Shown in pieces: positions 62,235 through 64,000 of a stretch of DNA of 64,000 nt (within the stretch, counting starts at the first letter, position 1; the number at the start of each line of letters is the position of its first letter). Both the position numbers and the translations under genes were made by a program. The stretch is taken from NCBI GenBank assembly GCA_052327205.1, contig CM126223.1:62062001-62126000 (forward strand), in the 5' to 3' direction. The DNA comes from Somniosus microcephalus. Its lineage: Eukaryota. The notes below the pieces were generated by a model. That model was not told the origin of the DNA and did not search any database. It saw only the letters and a list, made by a program, of their open reading frames with translations.

Positions 62235-62267
62235 AAGGAAGAAAACTTGGAGGATCATCCTAAACAA
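62235..62267 (+). CDS. SYNRG: SYNRG 33-nt cassette exon (KEENLEDHPKQ), phase 0-0
   Basis: cttattccag acceptor, CAA|gtatga donor, frame-preserving. Resembles the recalled mammalian segment KEEKPAEEHPKK. Confidence 0.8.
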
Positions 62268-62496
62268 GTATGACCTTCTAAAAGCTATATTCTCAAAACA
62301 TCTCATCTGCCAAATGGCTATGGAATTGAGCAAAATTAAAATTAACCCTTGAAGTGTCTGCAGGGATAATTTTAATATCTCTTTTCCTTTCTTACACCAT
62401 CATCATTTTGGGGTCTTGAGTTTATTTGGAATCTGCTAACAAATATTGATGGGTCTCACTTTCTTCTTGACGGTGTTGCAGTTGTAATTTTTGGAT

Positions 62497-62551
62497 TGCA
62501 TGGGGAAATTGGTGTTGCATGCGTCAAGAATGGTTGGTTTTAACATGCATG
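62497..62551 (+). promoter_or_regulatory. Cluster of three TGCATG (RBFOX) splicing motifs
   Basis: TGCATG at 62497, 62516 and 62546, about 230-285 nt downstream of the 33-nt exon. Confidence 0.6.
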
Positions 62552-63174
62552 TTGAAGAAAGTTAATGCTTTTTGTTAAAAAAAAAAAAAAAAAAAATTCC
62601 TTGTGTTTAACAAATGTAATATATTATAACTCTAAAATATACAGTTAAATGCAGTAAGCGATTGCTTCAAATGGGCGACATACACTAAAAGTGCAGCTTC
62701 CCATCAGTATAAACTTAATGTTCAAAGTGTGGGAACAGAGGTTTTGGCTAATGCGTAGAGGACTCCAAAATGAATGTACACGTCATTGTCCAAGAAGGAA
62801 AGGAATGTCTGTCTCGCTCATAATGGGGCCATTTCATATAGTAGGCAAGTTAGAAATCTGATTATTATAATACGGATGCACAATCATGCCTCCATTCAAC
62901 CTGCATTTAACAGTTTTAATGAATATGCTTGAAAAAAACGAGTTGAAGAACGAGTTTCAAGGTCACGAATTTGATCATCAGTCTGTGCTGAGTTTGGTGA
63001 TCTCAGCAAGGGCAGCCGTGTGTTTGTCGGTAGCTGGGAGCAGTCAGCCTGAACTGAGAAGTATGCAGTGCCTCCTGCTGGAAAGTCTATGTATGCATGT
63101 GAATGTTGGATAAGAACAGAGCAGTGATTCCCACTTTGTTAAAAAAGAATGTCCAACTCGCACTCATCAAGATA

Positions 63175-63498
63175 CAGGAAACTTTGTGATATCCGGCACC
63201 GACGGGACCGAGCTGTTGCCGTCCCATCAAAACTGCCGAACAAACCAACGCTAATGTTGAAACATACGGAGCTTTTGAGCTCCGTATCTAGCAACAAACC
63301 CAACAGCTTCTAAACAGTCGGTCGTAGCTTGCAAGCGTCTCTGTAGCTAAGCAACAGCTTAAGCGAGACCTTGCAGAGCCTGACTGGTGAGAAAAAAAAG
63401 CAACGAAAAGGAAAAAAACGTACTGAACCGACTCCTGAATTTTGCCGGTGGATCGAGCATTCCGGACAGTTAACCTCCAGATAAACCAAAGTTTCCTG
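63175..63498 (+). mobile_element. pogo/Tigger-like MITE, copy 4
   Basis: TA-CAGGAAACTTTG...CAAAGTTTCCTG-TA. Confidence 0.88.
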
Positions 63499-64000
63499 TA
63501 AGATGCTAAATGGCAGTTGGCATCAATGGAACCATACTTCATCATGAGCCACCACCTTGGGAGAGGAACAGAGAAAATTGGAAACCAAGATTCGCAATTT
63601 GGTCTCTGTTCATGTTGCCCTGGAAGTATCTTAAACATTAAGTGCATTAACTTCGACCATAGTTCAATTATAGCTAAACTAAATGGTTGTCGGGTATATG
63701 TGACTGCCTGGTTACTATTCATTGTCCCTACATAACAAAGAAAAAATGGTTACGGCACAGTTATGCTAAAGGATTAAAGTATATGAGTATTTGGTAGATG
63801 TATTGAGTGAATTCTTCATGACGAATTTTGCAAAGGAGATCTGTAGACAAATTCTGAATTTCATCCTCCAGAAATGTAATTTGGAACTAAATTGAAGATT
63901 TATTAAGTAGAAATTCCAAGTGCTATAAAAACTGGACTCTCTCCTTTATTAATGGATTTTAATTGCAAAGTCAGTAAGAAAGAAAGGAAGGGACATCGCC

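Overview
Eukaryotic DNA, very likely from a cartilaginous fish (shark-type HE1/SacSINE-like SINEs and CR1/L2 LINEs). The window holds 12 internal coding exons of synergin gamma (SYNRG, an AP-1 gamma-adaptin-binding protein) on the + strand. All have GT-AG boundaries and compatible phases; start and stop codons lie outside the window. Introns are full of transposable elements: CR1, L2 and Rex1 LINEs, SINEs, Tc1/pogo-, hAT- and Harbinger-type MITEs, a non-autonomous Helitron and Penelope-like fragments. Highlights: (1) a CR1 copy with a ~0.9 kb tract of strand-specific A-to-G hypermutation, resembling an ADAR-hyperedited RNA that was retrotransposed; (2) a Helitron carrying a compact promoter, mini-exon and splice donor, sense to SYNRG; (3) a MITE family whose internal palindromes co-vary between copies; (4) minimal hammerhead ribozyme motifs; (5) a MITE family carrying RFX X-box-like palindromes, amplified into a 17-unit minisatellite in one copy; (6) a 33-nt cassette exon with a downstream RBFOX cluster. 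Family and orthologue assignments come from recalled sequences and hand inspection, not database searches.
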